Assembly: GCA_017625155.1 (NCBI GenBank)
Contig: JAGALP010000004.1
Location: 288,414-352,413, forward strand
Reading direction: 5' to 3'
DNA length: 64,000 bases
From: Paludibacteraceae bacterium
GTDB taxonomy: Bacteria; Bacteroidota; Bacteroidia; Bacteroidales; Paludibacteraceae
The notes under the pieces were generated by a model. That model had not been told where the DNA came from. It saw only the letters and a list, made by a program, of their open reading frames with translations, and did no database searches. The position numbers and the translations under genes were made by a program. Numbering within the stretch: the stretch's first letter is position 1; each line of letters opens with the position of its first letter. Of this stretch, positions 1 through 9,734 are shown one piece after another.

Positions 1-443
1 AGGATTATGATTTTGGTTTACGTATGACAGAAAGAGGTGTAAAACCTCGTCGTCAATGTAAATTATGGGTCATACATAATACATATCCTCATGAAACAAG
101 AGATACCTACGTGTCCAGTGCAAAATATACAGCGTTATTATTTAGAAACCATTGGTTTAATTCTGAATTCTTATCAAAAAAAATGTTTCCAACTCAGCAT
201 ACTGCGTTTGCACTTTTAACCTGTCTGGTGGGTATATTAGTAGGATATATAATTTATCCATCTTTTTGGTGGACGTCAGTACTTTTTGGTTACCTATTGG
301 TCTTATTTAGAAAAGCAAAAAAGCAAAATGAAGTGAAGATTATAAAGATGATTTGGTTAGTGGTGAAACGGGATATTGTTTTCTTAACATCCATTCTATG
401 TTTTTGGCCTAAATCGATTGAGTTGAAATACGAGGAGAAATAA
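1..443 (+). CDS. glycosyltransferase family 2 protein, C-terminal part (5' end outside window)
   Basis: Frame is open from the window edge (..DYDFGLRMTERGVK..), followed by two hydrophobic helices; stop at 441-443. First gene of a co-directional glycan gene string. Confidence 0.5.
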   Translation, partial: DYDFGLRMTERGVKPRRQCKLWVIHNTYPHETRDTYVSSAKYTALLFRNHWFNSEFLSKKMFPTQHTAFALLTCLVGILVGYIIYPSFWWTSVLFGYLLVLFRKAKKQNEVKIIKMIWLVVKRDIVFLTSILCFWPKSIELKYEEK

Positions 444-449
444 GTTGTT

Positions 450-1811
450 ATGGGTTTTGCTACGGTACAATTGACATACTATTTAATAGCATTAGTATTG
501 ATGCTATGGATGATGTGGAGATACAGACAAAGTTTATTCCTCCTGCTTTTATTGTTACTTGCGTTTAATGGTCCTTTAAGTTATTTTCTACCATCGGGGC
601 CTCAAGTAATGCGAGTTGTGACAACGGTATTAGTAACTTATCTGTTGGTGCAGTACAATGTATTTAAACATTGGGAGCAATTGAAAGGGCTTGTGATTTT
701 ATTTGGTATTTTATCCATATATTTCTTCTATGTGTCATTGATTAAATGGCAAGATGGATTGCTATTTACTTTTGGTCAATACTCGAAGTATTATGTGCCT
801 TTTGCATGTTATTTACTATTTGCGGTATTGCTAAAAAAATCTCCACAAAGTTTGGAGTATATCAATGTGTTTTTTCGAGAATTGATATTTATTCAGATTT
901 TGTCTGGCGTCTTAAAGGCTATTATGCTCAATTTCTCATTTTGGGAAGGAATGGTTGGAACTTTTGGACAACAACAAGGAGGAGGGGCTGGTACTAGTTT
1001 CCCACTTGTTGCGTTAGTTTGGGTGTGTGTAAATACAAACATGGATATTAAGGGATGGAAATCATGGGCTTTCATAGCGGGGTTGTTGTTAATCGGTATC
1101 ATGACGGGTAAACGCGCTGTTGTTGTTCTATTTCCGGCTTTCTTTGTACTTTTTGCACTATATGTTGCCCGTAAAAAATATCCTAGAATGGTCATGACTG
1201 TTATCATATTAGCACCATTGCTATTCTATTTTGGTCTTCGATTGACTCCTACTTTGAATCCAGAAAATAGGGTTTGGGGTAGTTTTGATATGGAGTATGC
1301 TCTAAATTATGGTAAAGATTATTCTATGGGAAAAACAGATCAATATGGTAATCGTGAAAAAGGTGTGGGACGCGTGGGGGCAACGTTATTGATGATTGAT
1401 TGGATAAAAGATGTAGATAACTATGATATTCACTCATGGATAGGACATGGTGTAGAACGAATTTATGCAACTAATGACTTTGAGCATTATTATGATAAGG
1501 ATTATAACTTTGGTATTAATCACCGTGGTAGTATGACTGGAATCGTGATGTGGTATCTTGCGTTTGGATTGATTGGACTAATCTTATTCATGCTATATTA
1601 TTGGTTTTTCTTTAAGATAGTTAAGTATCAACGATTGCGTTTTGCGCTATATGGCATGGTGATGTTTGACTTTATTTTATACAATGCACAAATGATTCGA
1701 GAACCATTTGTATGTGTGTTATTGATATTTGTGATGTATTATTCGCAATTAAAATATACAAATAAAGGTATGTTTGTAGGAACCAATAATTTAAAACTTA
1801 GTTTAAGATGA
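450..1811 (+). CDS. O-antigen/capsule polymerase-like (Wzy / O-antigen ligase family) integral membrane protein
   Basis: 453 aa with about 10 hydrophobic helices and one large loop; typical position in a glycan locus; 4 nt overlap with the next gene. Confidence 0.55.
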   Translation: MGFATVQLTYYLIALVLMLWMMWRYRQSLFLLLLLLLAFNGPLSYFLPSGPQVMRVVTTVLVTYLLVQYNVFKHWEQLKGLVILFGILSIYFFYVSLIKWQDGLLFTFGQYSKYYVPFACYLLFAVLLKKSPQSLEYINVFFRELIFIQILSGVLKAIMLNFSFWEGMVGTFGQQQGGGAGTSFPLVALVWVCVNTNMDIKGWKSWAFIAGLLLIGIMTGKRAVVVLFPAFFVLFALYVARKKYPRMVMTVIILAPLLFYFGLRLTPTLNPENRVWGSFDMEYALNYGKDYSMGKTDQYGNREKGVGRVGATLLMIDWIKDVDNYDIHSWIGHGVERIYATNDFEHYYDKDYNFGINHRGSMTGIVMWYLAFGLIGLILFMLYYWFFFKIVKYQRLRFALYGMVMFDFILYNAQMIREPFVCVLLIFVMYYSQLKYTNKGMFVGTNNLKLSLR

Positions 1812-2737
1812 AACGACCAGTATATAATGCTTTCAAAAGTTTATTGTTCAATAGGGGGCACTTTTTCGCAGCCATCGTATACCGATTGACTTGTTTGATA
1901 CCTAATGATGCGTTATATCTAAAAATTCTATATAGACTAGAATTCAAACGTAGGTTAAATTTAAATAACCCCATTACTTACAATGAAAAATTGCAATGGC
2001 TAAAATTATTTTACCATAATCCAATTCATACAATTATGGCAGACAAATATGTTGTGAAACAGTATGTGAAGGACATCATAGGAGAAGAATATATCATACC
2101 GACATTGCATGTTTGGAATAATGTTGAAGATATAGAATGGGATAAATTACCTCACAAATTTGTCCTTAAGACGACGCACGACAGTGGCAATTTTGGAGTG
2201 ATAATCTGTAAGGATAAAAGTAAATTAGATATTTCATCGGTTGAAAAAAGACTACGTAAATCACTTAATAGAAATACGTTCCAAATAGGAAGAGAGTGGC
2301 CATATAAAAATATCAAACCACAAATTATAGCTGAAGAGTATTTAGAAAACAACAATTCTGATGAGTTGAAAGATTACAAATTCTTTTGTTTTAATGGTAA
2401 AGTTAAAGCAATATGTGTTGTATCTGGGCGGAATTCGGTACATGGTGCGTGTGTAGATTTCTTTGATGTCAATTACAATCAATTACCATTTCGCACATTA
2501 TATGAAAATTCGACAATTATCCCCCAACAACCAAAACTATTACAAGAAATGATAGATGTATCTGCTAAATTATCTCAAGGGGTACCGCATGTACGAGTAG
2601 ATCTCTACGAAGTAAATGGGAAAATATATTTTGGCGAGTATACATTTTTTACATCAGGAGGATTAACTCCATTTCGCCCAGAAGAATATGATTATCAATT
2701 TGGCGAATGGTTAACTTTACCAGAAAAAATGATTTAA
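1808..2737 (+). CDS. ATP-grasp fold amidoligase (TupA-like)
   Basis: N-terminal NPITYNEKLQWLKLFYHNP and central YKFFCFNGK motifs typical of TupA-like ATP-grasp proteins; ATGA overlap with the upstream gene. Confidence 0.7.
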   Translation: MKRPVYNAFKSLLFNRGHFFAAIVYRLTCLIPNDALYLKILYRLEFKRRLNLNNPITYNEKLQWLKLFYHNPIHTIMADKYVVKQYVKDIIGEEYIIPTLHVWNNVEDIEWDKLPHKFVLKTTHDSGNFGVIICKDKSKLDISSVEKRLRKSLNRNTFQIGREWPYKNIKPQIIAEEYLENNNSDELKDYKFFCFNGKVKAICVVSGRNSVHGACVDFFDVNYNQLPFRTLYENSTIIPQQPKLLQEMIDVSAKLSQGVPHVRVDLYEVNGKIYFGEYTFFTSGGLTPFRPEEYDYQFGEWLTLPEKMI

Positions 2738-2747
2738 TTAAAACAAT

Positions 2748-3761
2748 ATGAAATTATTAATTACAGGCGGTGCTGGGTTTATAGGAAGTAACCTATGCGA
2801 ATATTTTGTAGAAAAAGGATATGATGTAGTGTGCTTGGATAATTTAAGCACAGGATTCCTGCGTAATATCCAACATTTAATTGGTAAATCAAATTTCTCC
2901 TTTATAGAAGGCGATATTCGGGATTTGGATACTTGTCGCAGAGCCGTGAAAGGATGTGAAGTGGTATTGCACGAGGCTGCATTGGGATCTGTACCGCGTA
3001 GTATCAATGATCCTATTACTACCAATGCTAATAATATTACAGGTTTTTTGAATATGTTGGTGGCTGCCAGAGATGAACATGTAAAGCGATTTGTTTATGC
3101 GGCATCATCCTCTACCTATGGAGATAGCAAAGAACTTCCCAAAATAGAGCATAATATTGGTCGTCCATTATCACCATATGCAATTACTAAATTTGTTAAT
3201 GAATTGTATGCTAATGTGTTCTCGTCACTATACGGGATAGAAACTATAGGATTACGTTATTTTAACGTTTTTGGTCGTCGTCAAGACCCAAATGGGGCAT
3301 ATGCCGCTGTGATTCCATTATGGGTGAAGGCACTCATCAATCATGAGTCGCCATTTATCAATGGTGATGGCACTTATTCACGAGATTTTACCTATATTGA
3401 CAATGTGATCCAAGCCAATGAATTGGCAGCCACAGTTTCACATGAAGATATCGTAAAACAGGCCGCATTATACAACATGAATCTGCCTCAGAATGCACCA
3501 ATTGATATGGTGTTTAATGTGGCATATGGAGGTAATACAACGCTGAATGATTTATTTAATTGTCTTCGAGTGAATTTGGCCAAGTATGATTCTGAAATAT
3601 CTACGATAGAACCAATCTATCGTGATAATCGCGCAGGTGATATTCCTCATAGCCAAGCATCAATCATCAAAGCACAACGTATTTTAGGATACCAACCGAG
3701 ATACTCAGCGATTCAAGGATTCGAAGAAGCGTGCGAATGGTATTGGAATAATTTGAAATAA
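2748..3761 (+). CDS. NAD-dependent nucleotide-sugar 4-epimerase (WbpP/TviC-like SDR)
   Basis: GGAGFIGSNL Rossmann motif and YAITK (YxxxK) catalytic motif; 337 aa. Confidence 0.8.
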   Translation: MKLLITGGAGFIGSNLCEYFVEKGYDVVCLDNLSTGFLRNIQHLIGKSNFSFIEGDIRDLDTCRRAVKGCEVVLHEAALGSVPRSINDPITTNANNITGFLNMLVAARDEHVKRFVYAASSSTYGDSKELPKIEHNIGRPLSPYAITKFVNELYANVFSSLYGIETIGLRYFNVFGRRQDPNGAYAAVIPLWVKALINHESPFINGDGTYSRDFTYIDNVIQANELAATVSHEDIVKQAALYNMNLPQNAPIDMVFNVAYGGNTTLNDLFNCLRVNLAKYDSEISTIEPIYRDNRAGDIPHSQASIIKAQRILGYQPRYSAIQGFEEACEWYWNNLK

Positions 3762-4708
3762 TGCAGAAGATGAAGGTTATATTTCTTGCATCAGGTAACC
3801 AAAAGATAGAATCAATCGCGCCCTTTGTTCAAGTGCAGATGGATTCGTTGGCAGAACAAGGGGTTGAGATTTCTTTATATCGCGTTGTAGGACGTGGAAT
3901 AAAAGGATATGTAACAAATACGATACGGCTTCGTAAAATATTAAAACGTGAGCAACCAGATATTGTTCATGCCCATTATTCTATTTGTGGATATTTAGCT
4001 TCCATTGCTAATTTGGGCTTGAAATCCAGTGTGGTTGTATCATTAATGGGTAGTGATATGGTCGTAAAATTGCCATTGATACGTTTTTTGGCAAAAAAAA
4101 TATGGGATATGACCATCGTAAAATCCCGCGAAATGTATGATAGGTTGAATGTGGCCAAAGCAAGGATTATTCCTAATGGTGTGAATATAGATAAGATGTG
4201 TCTGTTAGATAGGGACGATTCTCGTAAAAAGTGTGGATTCGAAGATACGAAACAATACGTGATTTGGTGTTCTCAAATTGACCGTGAGGAAAAAAACTAT
4301 CCATTGGCTCAGAAAGCGGTTGATTTATTAAGTGATAAGAATGTTGTGTTGTTACCCATACAAGATGCTCCTCATCATATGATGAATGTATATATGCGGG
4401 CAGCAGATGTATTGCTATTAACTTCTAAACGAGAAGGATCGCCCAATGTGATCAAAGAAGCAATGGCTTGTAATCTGCCAATAGTTTCTACTAATGTGGG
4501 GGATGTAGAGTGGTTGTTAGATCATGTAGAGGGTGCATATATCACTCAAGGTGATACACCTCAAAATGTATGTGAATGTTTAAAAAAGGCATTAACATTT
4601 ATGGGAAATTCGACAGGTCGTCAAAGACTAATAGATATTGGACTAACAACAAGGAGTATTGCAAGTGATATAATCAACATTTATACCGACATATGCAGAA
4701 CGAAATAA
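3761..4708 (+). CDS. glycosyltransferase family 4 (GT-B)
   Basis: C-terminal SKREGSPNVIKEAMACNLPIVSTNVG motif typical of GT1/GT4 retaining transferases. Confidence 0.7.
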   Translation: MQKMKVIFLASGNQKIESIAPFVQVQMDSLAEQGVEISLYRVVGRGIKGYVTNTIRLRKILKREQPDIVHAHYSICGYLASIANLGLKSSVVVSLMGSDMVVKLPLIRFLAKKIWDMTIVKSREMYDRLNVAKARIIPNGVNIDKMCLLDRDDSRKKCGFEDTKQYVIWCSQIDREEKNYPLAQKAVDLLSDKNVVLLPIQDAPHHMMNVYMRAADVLLLTSKREGSPNVIKEAMACNLPIVSTNVGDVEWLLDHVEGAYITQGDTPQNVCECLKKALTFMGNSTGRQRLIDIGLTTRSIASDIINIYTDICRTK

Positions 4709-5721
4709 AAATATTACCTATCACAGCGGAGTTATATCCATCCTTTTATGAGATGGTCCAAGCCTCGCAATGGGGAAATCCAATGCTTCCGAATACTTAT
4801 CAGTCATCTCTTTTGGGTGATCTGTTGGTAGAAGACAATAGAGTAGTTGGCGGATGGGTAGGTACAATTCGCGGTAATATACCTATTGCCAAGATGATTA
4901 CAAAATCAGTATATTTTGATTCTTATCCCATCTTTGCAACAGATGAAATGAAGAATCTGTATCAAGATTCGCTCATAACCTCTATGAAACTGCGGGCAAA
5001 GCGGGAAGGTATCACCATGTTTAATCTTACACATTGGGTAAGAGGCCGTGGTATGCAAGTGGATGCGGAAGAGACTGGGGCTACGTTTGTCTCTGTATTA
5101 CATAAAACAGAAGAGGACCTGTGGAAAGAAGTAGAGTCTAAACAACGCAATTGTGTAAGAAAGGGCGAAAAGAGTGGAGTAGATTGTGTTGTATGCAAGG
5201 GAGAGGATTCGATACGCTATTTGGCTGATTTTCAACGATTGAGACAACGTACTCAACAACATGCTATCGGCAAAAATGCAAAGGCATCTATGCTACTGAA
5301 ATCAGATGAGTTTTTCAAAAAACTATTCATGGATAAGAACACTACATTGTTTGTAGGTATAGCGGATAATCAAGTGGCTACAGTGGCATTGATGATTCAG
5401 TCAGGGAAGACGATATACTATTATTCTGGTGGCAGTGATTACGAACTGAACAAAAAATATAGCTGTTCGGCATATGTGATTTGGAAGGCGATATGCTATG
5501 CATCGCAACAGGGGGTAGAAGTTTTTGATATGGGTGGTGTACCCGTTTCACCATCTAAAGAACATCCTGCATACGGTGTATATGCATTCAAGCGCAGTTT
5601 TGGTGGTGATTACCAAGAGTTTGATGGAGGAAAGATTATCATATCTCATTGGAAATACAAACTACTTAATTGGTTACTTTCACAACGAAAAGTATTGAGA
5701 TTTTTTAGTACGAAATTATAA
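4693..5721 (+). CDS. FemAB-like (GNAT-fold) aminoacyl/peptidyl transferase family protein
   Basis: 342 aa; C-terminal ..YYYSGGSDYE..FDMGGV..YGVYAFKRSFGG.. pattern typical of the FemABX/Acetyltransf_6 family. Confidence 0.6.
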   Translation: MQNEIKILPITAELYPSFYEMVQASQWGNPMLPNTYQSSLLGDLLVEDNRVVGGWVGTIRGNIPIAKMITKSVYFDSYPIFATDEMKNLYQDSLITSMKLRAKREGITMFNLTHWVRGRGMQVDAEETGATFVSVLHKTEEDLWKEVESKQRNCVRKGEKSGVDCVVCKGEDSIRYLADFQRLRQRTQQHAIGKNAKASMLLKSDEFFKKLFMDKNTTLFVGIADNQVATVALMIQSGKTIYYYSGGSDYELNKKYSCSAYVIWKAICYASQQGVEVFDMGGVPVSPSKEHPAYGVYAFKRSFGGDYQEFDGGKIIISHWKYKLLNWLLSQRKVLRFFSTKL

Positions 5722-5726
5722 ATCAC

Positions 5727-6168
5727 ATGATATCATTACGACCATATCGAAAAACGGACTTTCGCCTAATCAATCGCTATTGTTCAAAAAAAGAGATAAA
5801 TAGTTATATAAAAATGGGGGGGTATTTAATTCTTTCATTATTGGGTATTTATAGGTCTTTCTTTCGTCTTTTAGTAGATGGTGAAAAATTACTTGGATGT
5901 GGTGTTATTAGGTGGAAGTGGAGCAAAGATACTTATTGTTTTGGATGGTGGTTATATGGGATTTGGATAAACTTTGATTGTCGGGGACAAGGCTTGGGTG
6001 TTGTGTTAATGGAGAAATTATTTGAAGAACTTTCGCAGGAAAAATGTTAGATATGTGCATTTGATTGTGAGTAATAATAACTCGATAGCAATAAACCTTT
6101 ACAATAAATTAGGATTTATCACTATCAAAGAAAATGATACTTATAAAGTTATGCGATATGAATTATAA
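5727..6168 (+). pseudogene. GNAT N-acetyltransferase disrupted by a +1 frameshift at an A5 run (6040-6044)
   Basis: Frame 0 ends ..CRGQGLGVVLMEKLFEELSQEKC* at 6050. The +1 frame continues from 6049 as RYVHLIVSNNNSIAINLYNKLGFITIKENDTYKVMRYEL* (GNAT motif B) with stop at 6166-6168. Confidence 0.6.
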
Positions 6169-7180
6169 TTTATATTTCACGCTTGATTACGAAATTCATG
6201 GTAATGGCGATGGCAATCCCATCGACCTGATGGTGGAGCCAACCTATCGCTTGATGGATATGCTGGAGCAGTATAACCAGCGACTAACCATCATGGCTGA
6301 TGTAGCAGAAATACTCTGCTTCAAACGCTATTGGGAACAAACGGGCAAAGACGATTTTCATGTGCAAGAGGTGGAGCAACAGCTGTGTGATGCCATTCGT
6401 CGGGGGCATGATGTACAATTGCATGTTCATTCATCCTATTTCAAGGCAGCGTGGAATGGTGAGCATTTCGACCAATGCATTGAGGAATACAATATGGCAG
6501 CACTCTCCTATGAACGTATTACAGAAATGGTCAGCCAGTCTGTGAAATATCTAGAGAATTTATTACGGCCAATCAAATCCGATTACAAAGTTTGGCTTTT
6601 CCGTGCTGCCAACTGGAGCATGATGCCTACGCCTACCTTATATCAAGTATTAGTAGAACATGGTATCACGCACGATACGTCGGTTTATAAAGGTGGTTGT
6701 CAGGGGGGTAATGTGTGCTACGATTATCGCCATGCCTATGATAATCTTCTAACATATAGAGCCTCATCGAAAGATATTAATTTGCAAGATCCTGTAGGAG
6801 ATTTGTGGGAAATGCCTATCTATACCGAGATGCGCCCATTCTGGGACTTTATCAGTCCCATCCGTATCTTCCGTATGGTACGAGCTAAGTTCCATAAGCA
6901 CAAGCATCAGTCGCAACCTCAATCTGCCACAGACAAAAACGATAATCGCAAACTATCCCTACGTAGTTTCTTTGTGAAAAGTCCATTAAAAATGGACTTC
7001 AATCAGGTCAATGGTAAAGGACTCATCCGTATGATGAAGAATATCATGCGTCGTGCTAAGCAGGAACGAATGGATCATCTAGATATCGTGTTGATTGGTC
7101 ACTCCAAAACCTTTGTACCATACAACGAAAAAACTCTCCGCCCATTCTTGCAATGGCTCGAGCAACACCCAAGTTGCTGA
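6158..7180 (+). CDS. hypothetical protein, possibly deacetylase-fold (function uncertain)
   Basis: The ORF track gives 6134-7180. ATG 6158 (MNYNLYFTLDYEIHGNG..) overlaps the restored GNAT stop. His-rich HVHSSYF motif; no firm family assignment. Confidence 0.45.
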   Translation: MNYNLYFTLDYEIHGNGDGNPIDLMVEPTYRLMDMLEQYNQRLTIMADVAEILCFKRYWEQTGKDDFHVQEVEQQLCDAIRRGHDVQLHVHSSYFKAAWNGEHFDQCIEEYNMAALSYERITEMVSQSVKYLENLLRPIKSDYKVWLFRAANWSMMPTPTLYQVLVEHGITHDTSVYKGGCQGGNVCYDYRHAYDNLLTYRASSKDINLQDPVGDLWEMPIYTEMRPFWDFISPIRIFRMVRAKFHKHKHQSQPQSATDKNDNRKLSLRSFFVKSPLKMDFNQVNGKGLIRMMKNIMRRAKQERMDHLDIVLIGHSKTFVPYNEKTLRPFLQWLEQHPSC

Positions 7181-7274
7181 GCGATTAGTGGCGATATACA
7201 AGCAGCTGGTGTAATCGCAGTAAGGACCTTAACGACCTTAATAGATTAAGAGAATAAGTGATGATAAGGCACCA

Positions 7275-8309
7275 ATGATCAAACTACTCACATACCACGA
7301 CATTGACCCCCAGCAATGGCAAGTGCTCATCAACCGCTCGCCCTACGCCACTTGGTTCCAAACGTCAGAGGCGTATCAATTCTATGTGGCGAATAAGGAG
7401 GAAATGATGCCCTTTGCTATAGGTGTGGAAGAAGATGAGCACTTGACAGGAGTCATGGTAGGATATACCACGCAAGAAAGGAATCCTATCAAACAATTCC
7501 TTACTTGTCGATCTATTATTATTGGTGGACCGCTTCTGGACGAGCATATCAGTAATGATGCCCTAAGTGCGTTACTGCTTGCAGCAAAAAGATTTACACA
7601 GAATTCAATATATGTTGAAACACGTAATTTTCATAATTACAGTCACTGGAGAAATCTGTTTGAAGCTTGTGGGTTCCTATATCAGCCACATTTGAATATA
7701 CATGTACATTGCACTGCTACGCACACCATGACCGAGCAGCGTATCCGTCAAGTGAAAAAGGCATTAAAGAATGAGATAGAGATTGTATTAGCAACATCCG
7801 AACAGGAAATACGCGATTGGTACCAGATACTCAGCCGACTCTATCGCACCAAGGTGCGTACGCCGCTATGGAGCGAAGCGTTTTTCTTGCACTTCTATCG
7901 CAGTGGAGTAGGAAAGTACCTACTGGTAAAGTACCAAGATAAAGTCATTGGCGGAATGATGTGTCCGATACTCAAGAACAAAGCGATATACGAGTGGTAT
8001 GTGTGTGGACTGGATGAGGAGTATCGCGAACTGTATCCATCAGTGATGGCTACCTATGCCGCCATCGAATATGCCAAGACCAACGCGCTGCCTCTTTTCG
8101 ATTTTATGGGTGCAGGTAAACCCGATATTCCTTACGGTGTGCGCGACTTTAAGATGGAGTTTGGCGGCGAATTGGTGGAGCACGGGCGATTCCTCTGTAT
8201 TCGCAAGCCATTGCTTTATTGGATAGGTAAATTAGGAGTGAAGTGGATTAAGAGGTTTGCGTATAACTGCAAAATAAAGGAATTTGAGAGTAGAAAAACT
8301 GCGAAATAA
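7275..8309 (+). CDS. FemAB-like (GNAT-fold) transferase family protein with an altered C-terminal tail
   Basis: ..LFDFMGAGKPDIPYGVRDFKMEFGGELVEHGRF.. FemAB-like C-terminal domain. The last ~22 codons run into the 32 bp tandem repeats. Confidence 0.6.
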   Translation: MIKLLTYHDIDPQQWQVLINRSPYATWFQTSEAYQFYVANKEEMMPFAIGVEEDEHLTGVMVGYTTQERNPIKQFLTCRSIIIGGPLLDEHISNDALSALLLAAKRFTQNSIYVETRNFHNYSHWRNLFEACGFLYQPHLNIHVHCTATHTMTEQRIRQVKKALKNEIEIVLATSEQEIRDWYQILSRLYRTKVRTPLWSEAFFLHFYRSGVGKYLLVKYQDKVIGGMMCPILKNKAIYEWYVCGLDEEYRELYPSVMATYAAIEYAKTNALPLFDFMGAGKPDIPYGVRDFKMEFGGELVEHGRFLCIRKPLLYWIGKLGVKWIKRFAYNCKIKEFESRKTAK

Positions 8310-8360
8310 GGGAATTTGATGGTGTGAAAACTGCAAAATAAGGGAATTTATTTGGTGGTT
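8265..8360 (+). repeat. 3 x 32 bp direct tandem repeat (AACTGCRAAATAARGGAATTT + 9-11 nt variable)
   Basis: Units at 8265-8296, 8297-8328 and 8329-8360; the first ~21 nt of each unit are nearly identical. Confidence 0.9.
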
Positions 8361-8374
8361 TCGAAAAAAAATAG

Positions 8375-8382
8375 TATCTTTG
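8375..8382 (+). promoter_or_regulatory. Bacteroidota -7 promoter box TATCTTTG
   Basis: Matches TAnnTTTG, 19 nt upstream of ATG 8401. Confidence 0.5.
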
Positions 8383-8400
8383 CAGCAAATTTATTGATTT

Positions 8401-9699
8401 ATGGATGAGAGAGTTATATTGCAGGTTCTTGCTGAACAACAAGAATATTTAGAGCACTATCGTAAAAATACATGGATAACTCGCCAAGAGGAGAGCCTTT
8501 TGGAGTGGGAGAGCAATATGGCTCAAGTGGTGATAGGTGTAAGGCGTAGCGGTAAATCTACCTTATGCCATAAGGTGCTTTTGCAGCATAATATTCGCTA
8601 TGCGTATGCAGATTTTGATGATGATCGTTTTGCTGCGCTCAAGACATCTGATTTGAATACGGTGCTAAATTGTTTGTATCAACTTTATGGCACGGATATG
8701 CAATATATCTTTTTAGATGAAATACAAAATGTAGAGGGGTGGCATCTGTTCGTTAATCGTCTATTGCGTCAAGGAATGTATGTTTTTCTTACGGGTAGTA
8801 ATGCAAAATTGCTCAGTAGTGAATTGGCTACTCATCTTACTGGACGATATAATGAAATTCGTCTTTACCCATTTAGCTATTTAGAGTATTGTCAGTCCGA
8901 AGATATATCTCTCCATAGCATAACAACCCAAGCAAATGCAGCTCGTAAAGCAGCTCTAACCACTTATTTGCAAGATGGTGGTATGCCAGAATTGCGTAAT
9001 ATTACGCGTCTGCAAAATCGCCGAATATATGTAGAGAGTTTGGTTGAGACAATTGTTTCAAAGGATATTGTAGGACGTTATAAGATACATAATAAGGAAG
9101 GTTTGAGACGTATGTCACATCATTTGATCAACAATTCATGTCAAGTGCTCAATTATGAAATGCTCTCAACAATAGCTGCTCTAAACGCGACTAAAACGGT
9201 ACAAAAATATGTTTCATATCTTTCACAAGCATTTCTGATACATAAATTGCAACAATTCTCCTTCAAAAGTCGTCAACGCATAACGAATGAAAAGGCCTAT
9301 GTGATAGATACGGGTTTTATAGCTAATCGCGATAATGCGCTTATAAGCGAGAATATTGGTTGGAGATTAGAGAATGCTGTGCTGATAGAATTGCTTCGCC
9401 GTCATCATTCTATGGCAGAAGATGTATATTATTATAAACCTTCTAGCCGACAAAAGGAAGTGGATTTCGTTGTTTGTAAACAAGGGGTAGTACTGGAATT
9501 GATACAAGTAGCATATACGGTGGCTGACGCTAAGACATTCAAACGTGAAACAGAAGCCCTTTTTCAAGCATCTAAAAAACTCAGTTGCAATAAACTGACT
9601 TTGATAACCACAGACGAATCACGCAATGTCGAAATAGATGGTAAAACGATTCAGATCTATTCTGCAGTGGATTGGTTGTTAAGAGTGCAAGAGAGGTAA
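8401..9699 (+). CDS. AAA-family ATPase (AAA_14 / DUF4143-type ATP-binding protein)
   Basis: Walker A GVRRSGKST and Walker B-like IFLDEIQ; 432 aa architecture typical of the widespread AAA_14+DUF4143 proteins. Confidence 0.75.
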   Translation: MDERVILQVLAEQQEYLEHYRKNTWITRQEESLLEWESNMAQVVIGVRRSGKSTLCHKVLLQHNIRYAYADFDDDRFAALKTSDLNTVLNCLYQLYGTDMQYIFLDEIQNVEGWHLFVNRLLRQGMYVFLTGSNAKLLSSELATHLTGRYNEIRLYPFSYLEYCQSEDISLHSITTQANAARKAALTTYLQDGGMPELRNITRLQNRRIYVESLVETIVSKDIVGRYKIHNKEGLRRMSHHLINNSCQVLNYEMLSTIAALNATKTVQKYVSYLSQAFLIHKLQQFSFKSRQRITNEKAYVIDTGFIANRDNALISENIGWRLENAVLIELLRRHHSMAEDVYYYKPSSRQKEVDFVVCKQGVVLELIQVAYTVADAKTFKRETEALFQASKKLSCNKLTLITTDESRNVEIDGKTIQIYSAVDWLLRVQER

Positions 9700-9734
9700 G
9701 AACTAATTTAGTGCTTTTGGGAGCAATAAAAAGC

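Noticed and set aside
8265-8360. Possible CRISPR array (also considered for the 11 bp arrays at 23850-23893 and 56897-56973)
   Set aside because: The units are directly adjacent or have only 9-11 nt variable tails. There are only 3-7 units, no spacers of 25-40 nt, no repeat palindromicity typical of CRISPR, and no cas genes in the window.
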